From Dictyostelium discoideum (Eukaryota): DNA of 64,000 bases. Of this stretch, positions 1 through 18,378 are shown one piece after another (the stretch's first letter is position 1; each line of letters opens with the position of its first letter). The notes under the pieces were generated by a model. The model saw only the letters and a list, made by a program, of their open reading frames with translations, ran no database searches and was not told where the DNA came from. The position numbers were made by a program, and so were the translations under genes. The stretch lies in NCBI GenBank assembly GCA_000004695.1, contig CM000152.2:4160001-4224000 (forward strand), in the 5' to 3' direction.

Positions 1-460
1 TAACATCAATAACAATAACAATATTAATTTCTCAAATAATCAAACAACATACGTAGTTACAAAGGATCAAGGCCAAACCTGTCCAATTTCCACAACTGAT
101 TGCGGATGTGGCCCATCACCAAAACCAGATCCACAACCAAGTCATCATGTTTATATGATGTAAAAAAATTATAACTTTTTTTTAAAAGTGTAAACTATGT
201 AAAAAAAAAATAAAAACTATATTTGTTGTCTATTTAATATTAAATAATCTTTTTTTTTTTTTTTTTTTTTTTTTATTTTCTCTCCTAATATTTTGGAATA
301 ACAGAGAATTAAAAATAGAAAAAATAATTATTTTTAATTTATTTTATTTAATATATTGTGTTAGATTATAAATTTTTTCATCATACAAAGTACGAGTGAG
401 AAGTATTTTATACACAATTATATGATTCCAATAATTATATGAAGTTGTTTCTTGTGTGGG

Positions 461-497
<37 letters not shown>

Positions 498-662
498 ATC
501 TATTATTTCCAACTATTTTCCATTTGAAGATATTGTTTTGTAAATGAAGATGGTGTATTTGGGGAACACATTATCGAGTCTGCTTTTTGTGCCTGTTTTT
601 GTTTTTTGGATTAGAGAAAATAAATAAAAATAATTAATAATCAATAAATAAATAATCAAAAA

Positions 663-1005
663 TTAATCAGTAAGATATCTTACATTTGCAACGGTATCAG
701 GTCTAGCCCAAATGCTAAACTTTTTATAAGAAACAGTAACAATCCAATCATTGGTGCATAGTAAATCAGTTAGTGGATCTGTGTGAACTCTGTGTGATAC
801 AATTGGTAATATTATTGGTGCAACAGTTCTTGAGAGACTATTTACAAGGATTGGAGTTGTAGGTGGGGAAATATTTAAATCTATTGGCTTTTTCTGTAAT
901 TCATTTGCTTTTTGTTGACTTTCTTTACTTAAAACTGATGATAAAGATGGTGATTCTTCCTTAGAACTATTATCATCACTATTATTACTATTATTATTAT
1001 TATTA

Positions 1006-1042
<37 letters not shown>

Positions 1043-3008
1043 TATTATTATTTAAATTATAACCTGAATTATTATTTTTATTATTTGACTTTTTTTAAAA
1101 AAAAAAAAATTAATACAGTTTCTTTTTTTTTTTTTTTTTTTTTTTATTTCCTAAATTATTAAAAAAGAAAAACTTACAAAACTTTTTCCTCTTTGTTTTC
1201 TTAGTACAGTATCTTTAGAAAAATCCCAAAGTAATAATCTTGTATCTTCACCACCAGATAGAATTCTATAATAATTTGAATCAATTGGGAAAGCATAAGG
1301 ATCAAATTTAATACAACCTACCCATGACAGATGACCCTGACCTCTTGCAACCAATTGTCTCTCTTCAAATGAGAATATACTAATGAAATCATCCTCACCA
1401 CCAGTCTAATAAAATTTTTATATTTATATATATATATATATTAATATTAATAAATATTATAATAAAAACAAATATAAAAAAAATAAAAAAAAAAAAACTC
1501 ACAGCAATATATTTTCCATCTCTACTCCAATCTACTGATAAGAAACCACCAAAATAACTCTTAAATGATAATAAATGAATTTTTCCATCAATATCATAAA
1601 TATTCAATAAACCTTCTTGACAAGCAACTGCTATATATTTGCCATCAGGCGAAAAACAAAATGAATTCACTTTCTTTTTATCAGAAACTTTCCATAGACT
1701 GACTGGATTAAATCTTGATTCCTTTTGAAGATATACTGAAAATTTAAAATCTTGTTTTTTACCACTTATACTATTATTATAACCACCATTATTATTATTA
1801 TTGCTGCTATTATTATTATTATAATTAACATTACTATTTACATTTACATTACTATTTGAAACATTATTATATTGATAGAGTAAACTTTTATGTTCTGTTC
1901 TATTTGTATCGAAAATCATAATATTTCCATTATCAAAACCTGCAATAAATCTATCATCACAATTTGGTAACCAATCTACACATAAACATTTTGTTTTTTC
2001 AAGATTCTATTAAATAGTTGTAATATAATAATTATAAGTATGATTTGAGAGAGAATTAAAAAAATTATATTAATTAATTATAAAAATAATAATTAATATT
2101 GAATACATTACATCTTTATTAAATACTTTAATATCTACTGGTTTAATTTGAGGATCAAATAATAAGATTTCACCAGTATCAGTACCAACTAGGATTTGAA
2201 GATGACTATTTTTCTTTAATTTTTTTATTTTTTGACAAAGTGCATTATAACCAGTATGAATTGGATTTATTTTCTCCTCATATTCCGCTTTATCAATATT
2301 GGTGAAATTAAATAATGATAAATTTCCAATATTTGTGAAACTAAAGTATAATTGATCTTTTTCACTTGTTGGATGGATTATATTCTTTTTACTACTATTT
2401 TTACTACCACTACTGTTACTACTACTACTACTATTACTATTACTAGTACTATTACTATTATTAATTGTACTATTGGATGGTGATGGATGAGAAGATGATT
2501 GATAATCTTCAATAGGTGTAAAAGCACCCATGGTTGAGTGTGGTATATTCAATGAATTAATTGTATTTATTGATGTAGATGATGATGCAGTATGCAATGA
2601 TGAAGTTGAGGTTGAGGATGGTGATGATGATGCTGAATTATTATTATTATTATTGTTGTTAATTATGTTATTTACATTACTTTTAGTATTATTAAATGAT
2701 GATGATGGTGTTGTATAAATAGATGATTGATGTTGTTGAAGTTGTTGTTGTTGATGATTTTTAGAACCTTTATAATAATATGAAACTTTTGGATAGCCTT
2801 TACTTGAGATGATACCTCTTTTAAATGATTTTTGATCAATTTCAACTGGAACATCTTTAATTAATTTATAATGACCTTCTGTAGTTTTAAATGAGGGTCT
2901 TATTGGTTTAGTATGTTGTACATTTGGGTTAATCCAACTAGATGCCCCTGCTAATCCATATTGACCACCAATATTTGATCCACTCCCATAAAAATGAGAT
3001 GAATTCAT
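663..3008 (-). CDS. WD40-repeat protein, multi-exon (approx. exons 663-1085, 1178-1405, ~1504-2009, ~2113-3008), with Ser/Asn/Gln-rich low-complexity N-terminal half
   Basis: Minus-strand ORFs 2070..3008, 1395..1919, 1151..1354 and a terminal exon ending at stop 663-665 join through introns with GTAAGT/GTGAGT donors and AG acceptors. The translation contains WD motifs (LSGGEDTRLLLWD, GKYIAVACQEGLLNIYD, SVDWSRDGKYIAV). Intron coordinates are approximate. Confidence 0.6.
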
Positions 3009-3010
3009 TG

Positions 3011-3042
<32 letters not shown>

Positions 3043-3537
3043 TTATAAAATAATTAAAAAAATATAAAATGAGATAATATTGTTATTATTGTTGTAGTAT
3101 TATGTGTGTGAATGAACAAAAAAAAAAAAAAAAAAAATAAAAATAAAAAAAATAAAAATAAAAAAAATTAAAAAAAAAATAAAAAAAATTTTATAAAAAA
3201 ATAAAAAAAATATATTAATTTTTTAATTTATTTTTAATACAAGTGTTTTAAGAATTCCTAGTTTGGAGTTTTTAAATTGGGTTGACTAATGTAGTATTAT
3301 CTTTTTATTCCAAAAATTTTTTAAAATAATAATTTTGATTTTAAAAAATAATAATTTTGATAATTTTGGTAATTACCCCAGTGTTCCAAAAATTTTTAAG
3401 TTTAATTTTTAATTTTTTTGATATTTTTTTTGTATTATTTTATTTTTCATTATTATTTTATTTATTTTTTATTAAAGAAATAAAAAATTGGATTTCTTTT
3501 TTTTTATTTATTTTTATTTTTTTATATTTTATTTTTT

Positions 3538-3576
<39 letters not shown>

Positions 3577-3654
3577 GAATCTTTTTTTATTTTTTCATTT
3601 TTCATTTTCATATTTTTATTTTATCAAAAAAACGATCAAAAATAGAAAATTAAT

Positions 3655-4369
3655 ATGGAAACTGAAACTCCAATGGATGTTGAAACAAAATCAACAACAA
3701 GCAACACCAATGACAATAATAATAATACCACAATTGTCAAAACCACTTCAAATATTATTAAAGAAGGTGATCATGTCATTTTAGATATAAATAATGGTGA
3801 AAAGTTCTCTGTAATTAAAGTAAAATTAGGAAGGTATGTATTTAATTATTATTATTATCATTATTATTTCAAACATATATATATACATATACAAATATTA
3901 ATATTAAAATTTTTAGTAAGGTTAAAATTGGTAAAAAACAAATTTTAATAAATTCAATTATTGGTGAATCTTATTATTCAAGTTTTCAAGTTTCAAATGA
4001 AAAGAATACATTAGAACGTATTACACAAAAAGAAATTGATGATAGATTAAACAATTTGGTTGAATTGAATCAAAATGATGCAGATAATAGAAATTTAGAT
4101 CAAAATAATACAGCACAAAAATTAACACAAGAAGATATCAATGAAATGAAACAAAAAGGTACAGACTCAAATACAATCATTAAAACAATCGTTGAAAATA
4201 GTGAAAGTTTTAAAACTAAAACTTCATTCTCACAAATTAAATATTTAAAAAAGAAAATTAAAAAATATTCAACAATCGTTAAAATTATTAAACCAACTTT
4301 AAAATCATTAACTGAAGCATATTATAAAAAAGATTCAAGAAAAATTTGGTAAGTGTTGTACAATTCTTC

Positions 4370-4401
<32 letters not shown>

Positions 4402-5436
4402 CATATTTTTTAAAAAAAATACATAAAATATATTAATTTTTTTTCTTTTTTTTTTCTTTTTTATTTTTTTATTTTAATTAGTGGTCTTAGATTTGATTCA
4501 TTTGGACAATTATTAACATTAGGTAATATTAGAGCAAATAGTCAAGTATTAGTAGTTGAAACATGTATGGGATTAGTTACTGGATCAATTGCAGAGAGAA
4601 TGAATGGTCAAGGAACAATTCTATCAGCATATATTGGTAAAGGACCATCACTATCAATTGTTAATAATTTTGGTTTCAATACAGATGTTTTAAATACAAT
4701 TTATCCATTCAATTTAAATATTACAAGTGTTTTAAATAAAGGTGAAGATATCAGTAAATTACCACCAACAGCATCATCTGGTATTTATGATAAACAAGTT
4801 AAAGAAAAAGAAAAAGAAAAAGAAAAAGATGAAAATGTAAAAGATGAAAAAGAAAGTGGTGAAGAAGCAAAAACTATTATAAATCAAAGAAATGATACAT
4901 CAAATGAAAATATTGTAAAATTATTAAAGGATGGTGGTGTTTGGTCATTGGTTATTGTTACAAAGTATTCACCATTAAATATTTTATTATCATGTTGGCC
5001 ATATTTAAATTCATCAGGTAGTTTTGTAATTTATTCACAGTTCCCACAACCATTGATGGAAGTTCATCAATTCCTTCATAAGAATCAAATGGCTGTAAAT
5101 CAACAAATCTCTGAAATTTGGATGAGAGAACATCAAGTACTACCAAAAAGAACTCATCCAATGATGGGTATGGATGGTGCAAGTGGTTTCATTTTATATG
5201 GTACTAAAGTTACAAAACCAATTCAAAAATCAACTACAACTACCACAACTACTACCACCACCACCACTAATAACTCAATCAATCCAACTAAAACCACTGC
5301 TTCATTAGATATTGAAAATAAAGTTATAGATGCAACTACATCATCATCATCATCATCAACAGCAGCAGCAACAACAACTGAAGAAGATAAAGAAGATAGT
5401 GAATCAGCATTAAAGAAAAGAAAAATTGATGAATAA
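3655..5436 (+). CDS. trmt6: tRNA (adenine58-N1)-methyltransferase non-catalytic subunit TRM6/GCD10 homolog; join(3655..3834,3921..4348,4482..5436)
   Basis: The translation aligns with human TRM6 motifs (DNRNLDQNNTAQKLTQEDINEMKQKG...KYLKKKIKKY vs DNRNIVDDGKSQKLTQDDIKALKDKG...KYIKKKKKKY; QLLTLGNIRANSQVLVVETCMGLVTGSIAERMNG vs QMLTLGNIRAGNKMIVMETCAGLVLGAMMERMGG). Splice phases are consistent (0, then 2). The acceptor of intron 1 must be the AG at 3919-3920. Confidence 0.8.
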
Positions 5437-5537
5437 TTTAGAAAAACAAAATTAATAAAAAAAATAATAATAATAATAACAAATATACCTTTTTAAAAAT
5501 TTTTAATTTAATTATATTGCGCAATATATGTTTCTTT

Positions 5538-5573
<36 letters not shown>

Positions 5574-5612
5574 GATAAATTATAATTATAATAATTTAAA
5601 AATTATTTTATT

Positions 5613-5947
5613 TTATTTAACATATTTAACTTTTTGTTTTTCTTGTTTCTTTTCCATTTTCTCTCTTCTTTTACTCTTTTCTTCTTGTGGTTGTTGTTGT
5701 TGTTGATTTCTACTTGCTAAATATGGTCCAATGAAAGTTTTCCAAATTTTAAAGATTGCAAATGCTGGAATAACTAAAATTAAATATAAACATTTATCTG
5801 AAATTAAACCTAATCCTTGAATAATACAACAAACATAAATAATATCAAAGTAATATCTAATTTATATATTTATATTTATATAAGTATTAGTATTAATAAT
5901 AAATAAATAAATAAATAAATAATTATTGATATCTATATATATAGATC

Positions 5948-6042
<95 letters not shown>

Positions 6043-6323
6043 TACTCTGTCATACCACCTTGATTTAAATCAGAACCACCATCAATAAGTTCACCATTAT
6101 TATCATAGGTTAATTTACACATTGATGTAATGATATAGTATGCAAACATATTGAGTGCATTTAATGATAAATATGCAAACCATAGCCATCCTCCAAATGT
6201 TTCACTATGATAAACGACACGATATAAAATATATGGAATTGTACCTGCTGCCATTATTAATCTAACTTTAAATAATTCTTTTTCATTTTGTGTCTTTCTT
6301 TTTTTTGCTCCTGAATTTGCCAT
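5613..6323 (-). CDS. tmem208: TMEM208 homolog (173 aa); join(complement(6046..6323),complement(5613..5856)); the intron is almost entirely a perfect (AAT)32 tract
   Basis: N-terminal exon ORF 5862..6323 (MANSGAKKRK...DGGSDLNQGGMTE) plus a second exon after a GTATGT...AG intron give 173 aa, the same length as human TMEM208. The conserved core is ...NGELIDGGSDLNQGGMTEY... vs human ...[20 protein letters not shown]... Multiple TM helices are present. Confidence 0.75.
5945..6040. repeat. Perfect (AAT)32 microsatellite, intronic (TMEM208 intron)
   Basis: Direct reading of 5945-6040. The antisense ORF 5862..6323 poly-Ile stretch is produced by reading through it. Confidence 0.9.
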
Positions 6324-7311
6324 CTTTTTTTATTATTCCTATTAATATATCTGTATATATTATATTGTGTTATACTGTAATTTTAATTGTTATTTTATTT
6401 ATATTATTTAATTTAGATGTTCACTTAAAATTAAAATTTGGATGGGTGTTGGACAATATTGATTTTCTTCTTGTGGTTGTTGTTGTTGTTGATTTTTTAA
6501 TGGAAAAAAAAAAAAAAAAAATATAAAAATAAAAAAAAAAATTTTAAAAAAAAAAAGTTTTTTTTATGGAGACCTAAAAAAAAATTTTTTTTTTTTCTTT
6601 ATTTGCCATTTTCAAAAAATTCAATAGCACCTTTTGCATATATTCATATTTTTTTTTTTTTTTCTTTTTTTCCCCTCTCTATCCTTCAATTTCTTTAGTA
6701 ATATTAATAATAATAATAATATAATACAAATAATAATACCAACTTAATATATATATTTTTTTTTAATTTTTTTTTTTTATAAAAAAATTTTATTTTTAAA
6801 TTTATTTAATTTTTTTTTTTTTTTTTTTTTTAAGCCGACCTAAAACTATTTTTTTTTATTTTTTTTTTTTTTTTATAACAAAACAACCACACACAATAAA
6901 ATTTTATTATATAAATTATATCTTTAATTGTAGTGTAATTATTTATATTCACACAAAAAAACAATAAATAATAATAAAATAATAAAACAGTAATAAAAAA
7001 AAAATATAAAAAAAAAAATAAATAAAATAAAATTAGATAAACACAAATAATAATAGAAATAAAAAAAAAATAAAAAATAAAAAAAAATATTTATATATTA
7101 TAAAATTTGGAGCACATAAATAAAACATATAAATAAACATATAAATAAATGCACCAAAAAGTTTAAACAACTTAATTTTAATATTTTAATTTTTTAATTT
7201 TTTTAATTTTTTTTAATTTTTTTTATTTTTTGTTTCCAAAAAGTAAAATAAATAAAAAATAAATCCCACATAATATACAATTTTTTTTTTTTCTTCTACC
7301 AAATATAAATA

Positions 7312-10856
<3,545 letters not shown>

Positions 10857-11088
10857 TAATAATATATAATATATATAATAATCATAATATATAATTTTTT
10901 TTTTTCTTTTTTTTTTTTTGCACTTCTCTTCAATTCCTTTTTTTTTAAATTATTTAATTTTTTTTTTTTTTTTTTATTACACCAACATTTATATATATAC
11001 ATACACACATAATAATTAATAATATTAATACAATAAAATAAAATATTACACAATTTATTTTTATTAATTTTTAACAATATTCTCTTTC

Positions 11089-12256
<1,168 letters not shown>

Positions 12257-12985
12257 TTATAGTGGGAATCTTTTTTATTTTAATTTTATTTTTATTTTTA
12301 TTTTTATTTTTATTTAAAATTATAATTTTTATTATTTATTTATATTTATACATAAATACAATTATTTTTTTTTTTTTTTTTTTTTTATGAATTTTAAATT
12401 TTAATATGGATTTTTTTTTTTTTTTTTTTTTTTATTTATTTGAAATTTACCAAAAAAAATTATATTTTTTGCTTATACTTTTGTTTTAATATGTAAACAA
12501 TAATAAAAAAAATAATATAATTTTAAAATTCAACTGGAAAAAAAAAAAAATAAAAAAATAAAAAAATAAAACAGATTTATTATAATTGAAAAAAAAACAA
12601 AAAAAAAAAATAAAAAAATGATAAAAATAGTAGCCCGGCCACACAAGTGGGGTTTAATAAAAAAAAAAAAAATAAGGAGAATAAAAAATTTTATATCGGA
12701 AAATTCAATATAACCACATTCAATATTAATATTAATTCAGAGTATTTACAAAATAAAAAAAAAAAATTTCTTACTTAAATTTTTATTTTAATTTTTTTTT
12801 GAAAAATAAGGTTATGTGATTGGGGGTTTTAAAAATAGAAATTAATAAAAAAACCATCATAAAGAAATTAAAGAGAACTTTATTTTTCCCCAAAAAAAAA
12901 AAAATCTGTCTGTTTGTTGTTTTAGATTAAAAAAAAAAAAAAAAAAAAAATGGATGTGGGACCATCTACATGACAAATACTATTT

Positions 12986-13038
<53 letters not shown>

Positions 13039-13080
13039 AAAAATTGAAATTTCAACACAAAAAATGTTAACCCACAAGTA

Positions 13081-14208
13081 ATGAAAAAACACATAAACAA
13101 AAATGAATATAAAAATGAAATCGAAAATGTTGGTAATGACTTTAACCATTTAGATAATTTTGAAAATTATGATGACGATGATGATGAAGATTTTTACTAT
13201 AACCCAAGTAAAGAATTCACAAATATAAAAAATAATAGTAATAATAATAAAGATAATGAAAATTATGATAAAAAAAAAGAAGAAGAAAATAAAGAAAATG
13301 AAATTGAAGAAGAGGAATATAATAATGATGATGAAGAAGTAGATAAACCACTGAAATTAATATGTGAAGATTCAACATGTTCAATTTGTCTTTCTCCATT
13401 TGAAAATCTTACATTTTTAGATATTTGTTTTCGTAAGTAATAACTTTATTTTAATCCTCCTATATATTTAATATAAAATCTTATACTAACCATATTATAC
13501 TATTCTTTTAAAGACCAATTTTGTTTTGTTTGTATATTACAATGGTCAGAATTAAATCAAAGATGTCCACTTTGTAAAAGTGAATATCATTCTTTAATTT
13601 ATCAAGTTAAATCAAATACAGATTATCAAAGATTTATTATTCAAAATAAAAGACAAACTACTACAACTACTACAACTACTACAAATAGTAATACACAAAG
13701 AAGGCCACAACAACAACAGCATCATAATGACTCAAATCATATTTATAATAATAATAATAATAATCAAAGAAGACAACAAGTATATTTACCAAACTTATCA
13801 ATTACAGAACAACATAATGCAAGAAAAAGTATTTATTCAAGAAATGTTAAGGCTATACCAATGGTACCACCATTTAAATTATATTTAGATCCACAATCGA
13901 TAAATTCAAATTTTAAATCATTTAAAACTAAAGTTCAACCATGGATTAAAAGAGAACTTCAATCAATTTTACAAACTTCTGATACTGAAATTTTAGAAGA
14001 TTTAATTTTAGAACTCTTAAAAAAGTATAATATTATTCATGATTCAAAAATTCATGAAACTTTAGAGAAATTCTTATTTCAAAAAACTAATCTCTTTATT
14101 CATGAATTAATTTGTTTTGCAACTTCACCCTATAATATTAAAACTTATGATTCAAAAGTAATTTATGATAAAAGACAATCATTAATAACTGATATGAATA
14201 ATTTAAAC

Positions 14209-14276
<68 letters not shown>

Positions 14277-14634
14277 AAATAATAATGAGAATAATAATAA
14301 AAATGGAAATGAAGAATCAATGGAACCATTGTCACAGATTTTACAACAAACTAATTCGCCAATTAAACATATTCCATCATTCTTATCGAATATATTAACT
14401 GAAGAGATTGAAAAACAAGAATTAATTGAAAAAGAAAGAATAGAAAATGATATTCAATCAGAGAGAAAACGTATAATTCAAATTGATCAAGAGGAAAATA
14501 TTAGAAAAATTTTGAGATTAAAAGAACCAAATTGGAATAATTTTAATGACTTAAATTCTATATCTACTGATCAGCTAGAATATGAAATTTCAAATTTATC
14601 AGGTTATATTTATAATTTAAAAAATTTTAAAAAC

Positions 14635-14707
<73 letters not shown>

Positions 14708-14808
14708 TAAATAATAGTAATAATAATAATAATAATATAAATAATAGTAATAATAATAATATTAAAAAAAATAATAATAAAAATAATAATAATGATGATA
14801 ATAATTAA
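13081..14808 (+). CDS. RING-finger E3 ubiquitin ligase, TOPORS-like; join(13081..13432,13514..14808)
   Basis: A C3HC4 RING is split by an 81-nt phase-1 intron (CSICLSPFENLTFLDICF|HQFCFVCILQWSELNQRCPLCKSEYHSLIY), closely matching the TOPORS RING (CPICL..F....L..C.H.FCF.C...W......CPLCK). The reading frame is continuous into ORF 13861..14808. Confidence 0.65.
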
Positions 14809-15896
14809 TATTTATTTATTAATAAAAAGTGAAAATAATAGGTTTAAAATTAAATCCCCTTAGATGTAAAAGATCTCTAATTTATTAATTTTTTTTTTTT
14901 TTGTTGTTCTTTATGTCATCGTTCTTTAAATATTTTTTTTTTTTTTAAAAAAAACAAAATGAAGTTTAATATGTTTGTAAATTTTTGAAAAAGAAAAAAA
15001 GAAGAGCAAGAGAGGCGAGTTTGAAAAGAATTGTTGTTGGTTTTGTTCTTTTGAATATTATTTTCCTTACTGTAACGAAATATAGTTTGCTGTAATTTGA
15101 AACAATGATTTAAGTTTTAAAGGAAATTAAGGCCAAGAGACAAGTTCGAGAGATTTGAATTTTTTTTTTTAAAAAAATTATTAAATAATATAGTTACTGA
15201 ATTTTGTAAACAATGATTTATCTTAAATATTAAAATGAAAATGAACCTCCTTTTTTTGATAGGTATTAAAATTTAGTGTACTGGAAATAAAAAAAAATAT
15301 TAGAAAGGTATTTTTTTTTTAAAATGAATTATTATTATTAAACAATTACTATTATTTAAATTACCTGCATTATATACTGTGAATGGAAATATCTGTGCAC
15401 AAAATAAGTGATAGCGACTTTCCAAAAGTTTTTTAAACTAGAACCTTTTTTTGATTGAAAAATAACTTAATTTCATACCATCTTTTTTTTTTGAATAAAT
15501 ACATCCATTGTGAAACTCAATAGATATAATTATTGATTTTGAATTATTTTTTATGGTTTTTATATTTTTTTTTTTCCAAAAAAAAATAATTAAAGATTGT
15601 AATTCCAAAAAATTTCCTTGAAAATATTCACCTTCACTTTTTTTAATCTAGATTAAAAATTATTTTTATTATTGATAAAAAAATAAAAGAAAATAAAATG
15701 AAATTTCACAATTTAAATTAAAAAAAAAAAATAATGATTTTTTTTTATTGGGATTGAATTTCTAAAAAAAAAAAAAATTAAAGAGAAAATAAAAAAATAG
15801 GTTGCAATATTTGTTTTAATTTTCTTTTATTTTTTTTTTTTTTTTTATATATTAAATTATTTAATTTTATTTTTTTATTTAAAGTTAATTTTTTTC

Positions 15897-15931
<35 letters not shown>

Positions 15932-16224
15932 AGCCAACGCGCCAATGCTTTCCCTTGATTCGTCCCAAATTTATTAATTAGTTTGCAATTTTTTTTTTTT
16001 TTTTCACAAGCCAAGCGACCGACCACCCTCCAACGTTAAAAAAAACAATTTTTTTTAACATTTTTCACAATTTTTCATTTTTTTTGAATTTTTTTTTTTT
16101 GTTTTCTCTTCCAATTGGAATTTTATATTTTTTTTTTTCATTTTTTCAAATATTTTTCACAACCAACACCCACACAGATATTTTATTTCAAATAAACGTA
16201 TAAAAAAAAAAAAAAATACAATGG

Positions 16225-17722
16225 ATGAGTATTTTCTATCAATATCACTTAAGTGTTTTAAAAGGAACAAATCCAGAAGCCAAAAATAAAAAAGAAACTG
16301 ATAAAATTGAAAGTATTACAAAAAATTTCATTCTTGGAACTGTTGATGGAAAACAAGTATTACAAAAAAATGGTGAGTATGGTTTTTGAAAAAACAAAAA
16401 AAAAAAAAAAAAAAAAATTTTTAGTTTCCATTTTTCTAATTAATTAATTTTATTTTTATTTTTATTTTTGTTTATATTTATTATTTTTTATTTAATTTTT
16501 ATTTTTTTTTAAATAAATAGTTGCAGGTACATTTAGAATTGTTCCAAAAGAGTCTGAGAAAAATGCAATTTTAAGAGGTAACCATATTGTAGGTGGTGAA
16601 CATTTAAGTAAAACTAGACTCGTCGATAGTTTAAAGGGTCACTTTTGGGCATCAAAAATTCAAGATGTTGAAGCTTTTTTAGGTAAATGTTCAGAATGTT
16701 CATCAATTTATCCACTTAAAGATAAAAAAGAAGATGATGAAGATAAAGAAGAAAAGAAAGAGAAAAAAGATAAAAAAGAAAAGAAGGATGATAAAGAAGA
16801 TAAAGAGGATAAAGAAGAGAAAAAAGATAAAGACGAGAAAAAAAAGAAATCATCAAAGAAATCAAAAGAACCAAGTGATAATGAAACTGAAGAGGAAGAA
16901 GAAGAAGAAGAAGAGGAACCAGAAAAAAAACCAACTAAAAGCAGATCAAGATCATCTTTAGCCGCTGCAACAAAAACTGTAGCTAAAACACCAACTAGAT
17001 CAAAATCATCACTTAAAGAAAATGAAACTAAAGAAAAAGAAACCAAAGAAACCAAAGAAAAAGAAGCTAAAGAAAAAGAAGCTAAAGAAAAAGAAGCTAA
17101 AGAAAAAGAAACCAAAGAAAATGAAACAAAAGAAAAACCAAAAGGTAAAGGAAAAGAAACAAAAGAAAAAGAAAAAGAAAAAGAAAAAGAAAAAGAAAAA
17201 GAAAAAGAAAAAGAAAAAGAAAAAGAAAAGGAAAAGGAAAAGGAAAAGGAAAAAGAAAAAGAAAAAGAAAAAGAAAAGGAAAAGGAAAAAGAAAAGGAAA
17301 AAGAAAAAGAAAAACTAAAGGAAAAAGAAAAAGAAAAAGAAAAAGAAGCATCAGAGGGATCAGATTCAGATTCAGAAACTAAAGAATCTGGTAAAAAGAG
17401 AAAATCACCATCAACAACAGCATCAAAAAAGAAAGCAAAGGTCACAGCCTCTCGTTCAAATGTTACTAATAACACCAAAGAAGAGAGTGGTTCTTCAAAT
17501 GATACTGATGCTTCCTCAGCATCCGATAGTACTGCTCCAGAAGCATCCACTACCACCACCACTACCGAACCAAAGAAATCAATTCCAATGCCATCAAAAT
17601 CTGCTGTCAAATCATCAGCAAAGGTTCAACCAGAACAAAAATTCGGTGATGTTTCAATCACTGAATTAAAATCTGCCTTAGCTGTCATCACAAAAGTTAT
17701 CGAAGCCATGGAAAAGAAATAA
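16225..17722 (+). CDS. Highly charged Lys/Glu-rich (KE-dipeptide repeat) probable nuclear protein; join(16225..16372,16521..17722)
   Basis: ATG at 16225, G|GTGAGT donor at 16372 (phase 1), acceptor AG at 16519-16520. Exon 2 encodes a folded N-terminal domain (GTFRIVPKESEKNAILRGNHIVGGEHL...), then ~200 aa of KEKEKE/KEKETKE repeats encoded by (GAAAAA)n, and a Ser/Thr-rich tail. The minus-strand ORF 16708..17610 (SFSFSF...) is the antisense artefact of the same repeat. Confidence 0.6.
17161..17336 (+). repeat. (GAAAAA)n / (GAAAAG)n hexamer repeat encoding (KE)n
   Basis: Direct reading, ~29 hexamers with occasional G substitutions. Confidence 0.9.
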
Positions 17723-18220
17723 ATAATTATAATTAATAATTAACGACAATATTAAAAACTACAAAAAAAAAAAAAAAAACCAGAAAAAAAAAAAAGAAAT
17801 AAAATAAAAAAAAAAAAATGTAAAGTTAAATCCTTTATTCACCAGCAATCCATATCGAAAAAAATCTTATTTATTTATATATTTTATTTTTATTTTAATT
17901 TTTTTTTTTTTTTTTTTTTTTGTAGTTTTGGAAATTAAAAAAAGATTTTTAAAAATCGTGATTGAAATTAATCTTGTTTTTTGGGTTTGTGGAAAAATAA
18001 AATAAAAAAAAAGAATAGTTGCGAAAATAAAAAAAGGAATTTGAGGAATTGTTTAATCTAAATAGAAAGATTTAAAGTTTTTACCAAAAATAACAACCCC
18101 TTCTTACCAATTTTGATTTTAATTTATTTCATTTATAATTTTTTTTTTTTTTTAGTTATGTTTAATTTTTTTTCTTATAATCTTTAATTTTTTTATTTTT
18201 TTTATAAATAAAAAAACTAC

Positions 18221-18252
<32 letters not shown>

Positions 18253-18285
18253 ATTTTTTATTATCCAAAGCGAGTTTTAATAAAA

Positions 18286-18320
<35 letters not shown>

Positions 18321-18378
18321 AAATTAAATTAAATTAAAAAAAAAAAAAAAAGAATCAATTAATTAAATAGTAATCATA

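Noticed and set aside
16708-17610. 300-aa minus-strand ORF full of SFSFSF / LFLFLF
   Set aside because: It is the antisense reading of the (GAAAAA)n KE-repeat of the plus-strand gene 16225..17722. Repeat antisense frames stay open by composition. The plus strand has a coherent spliced gene with a folded N-domain.
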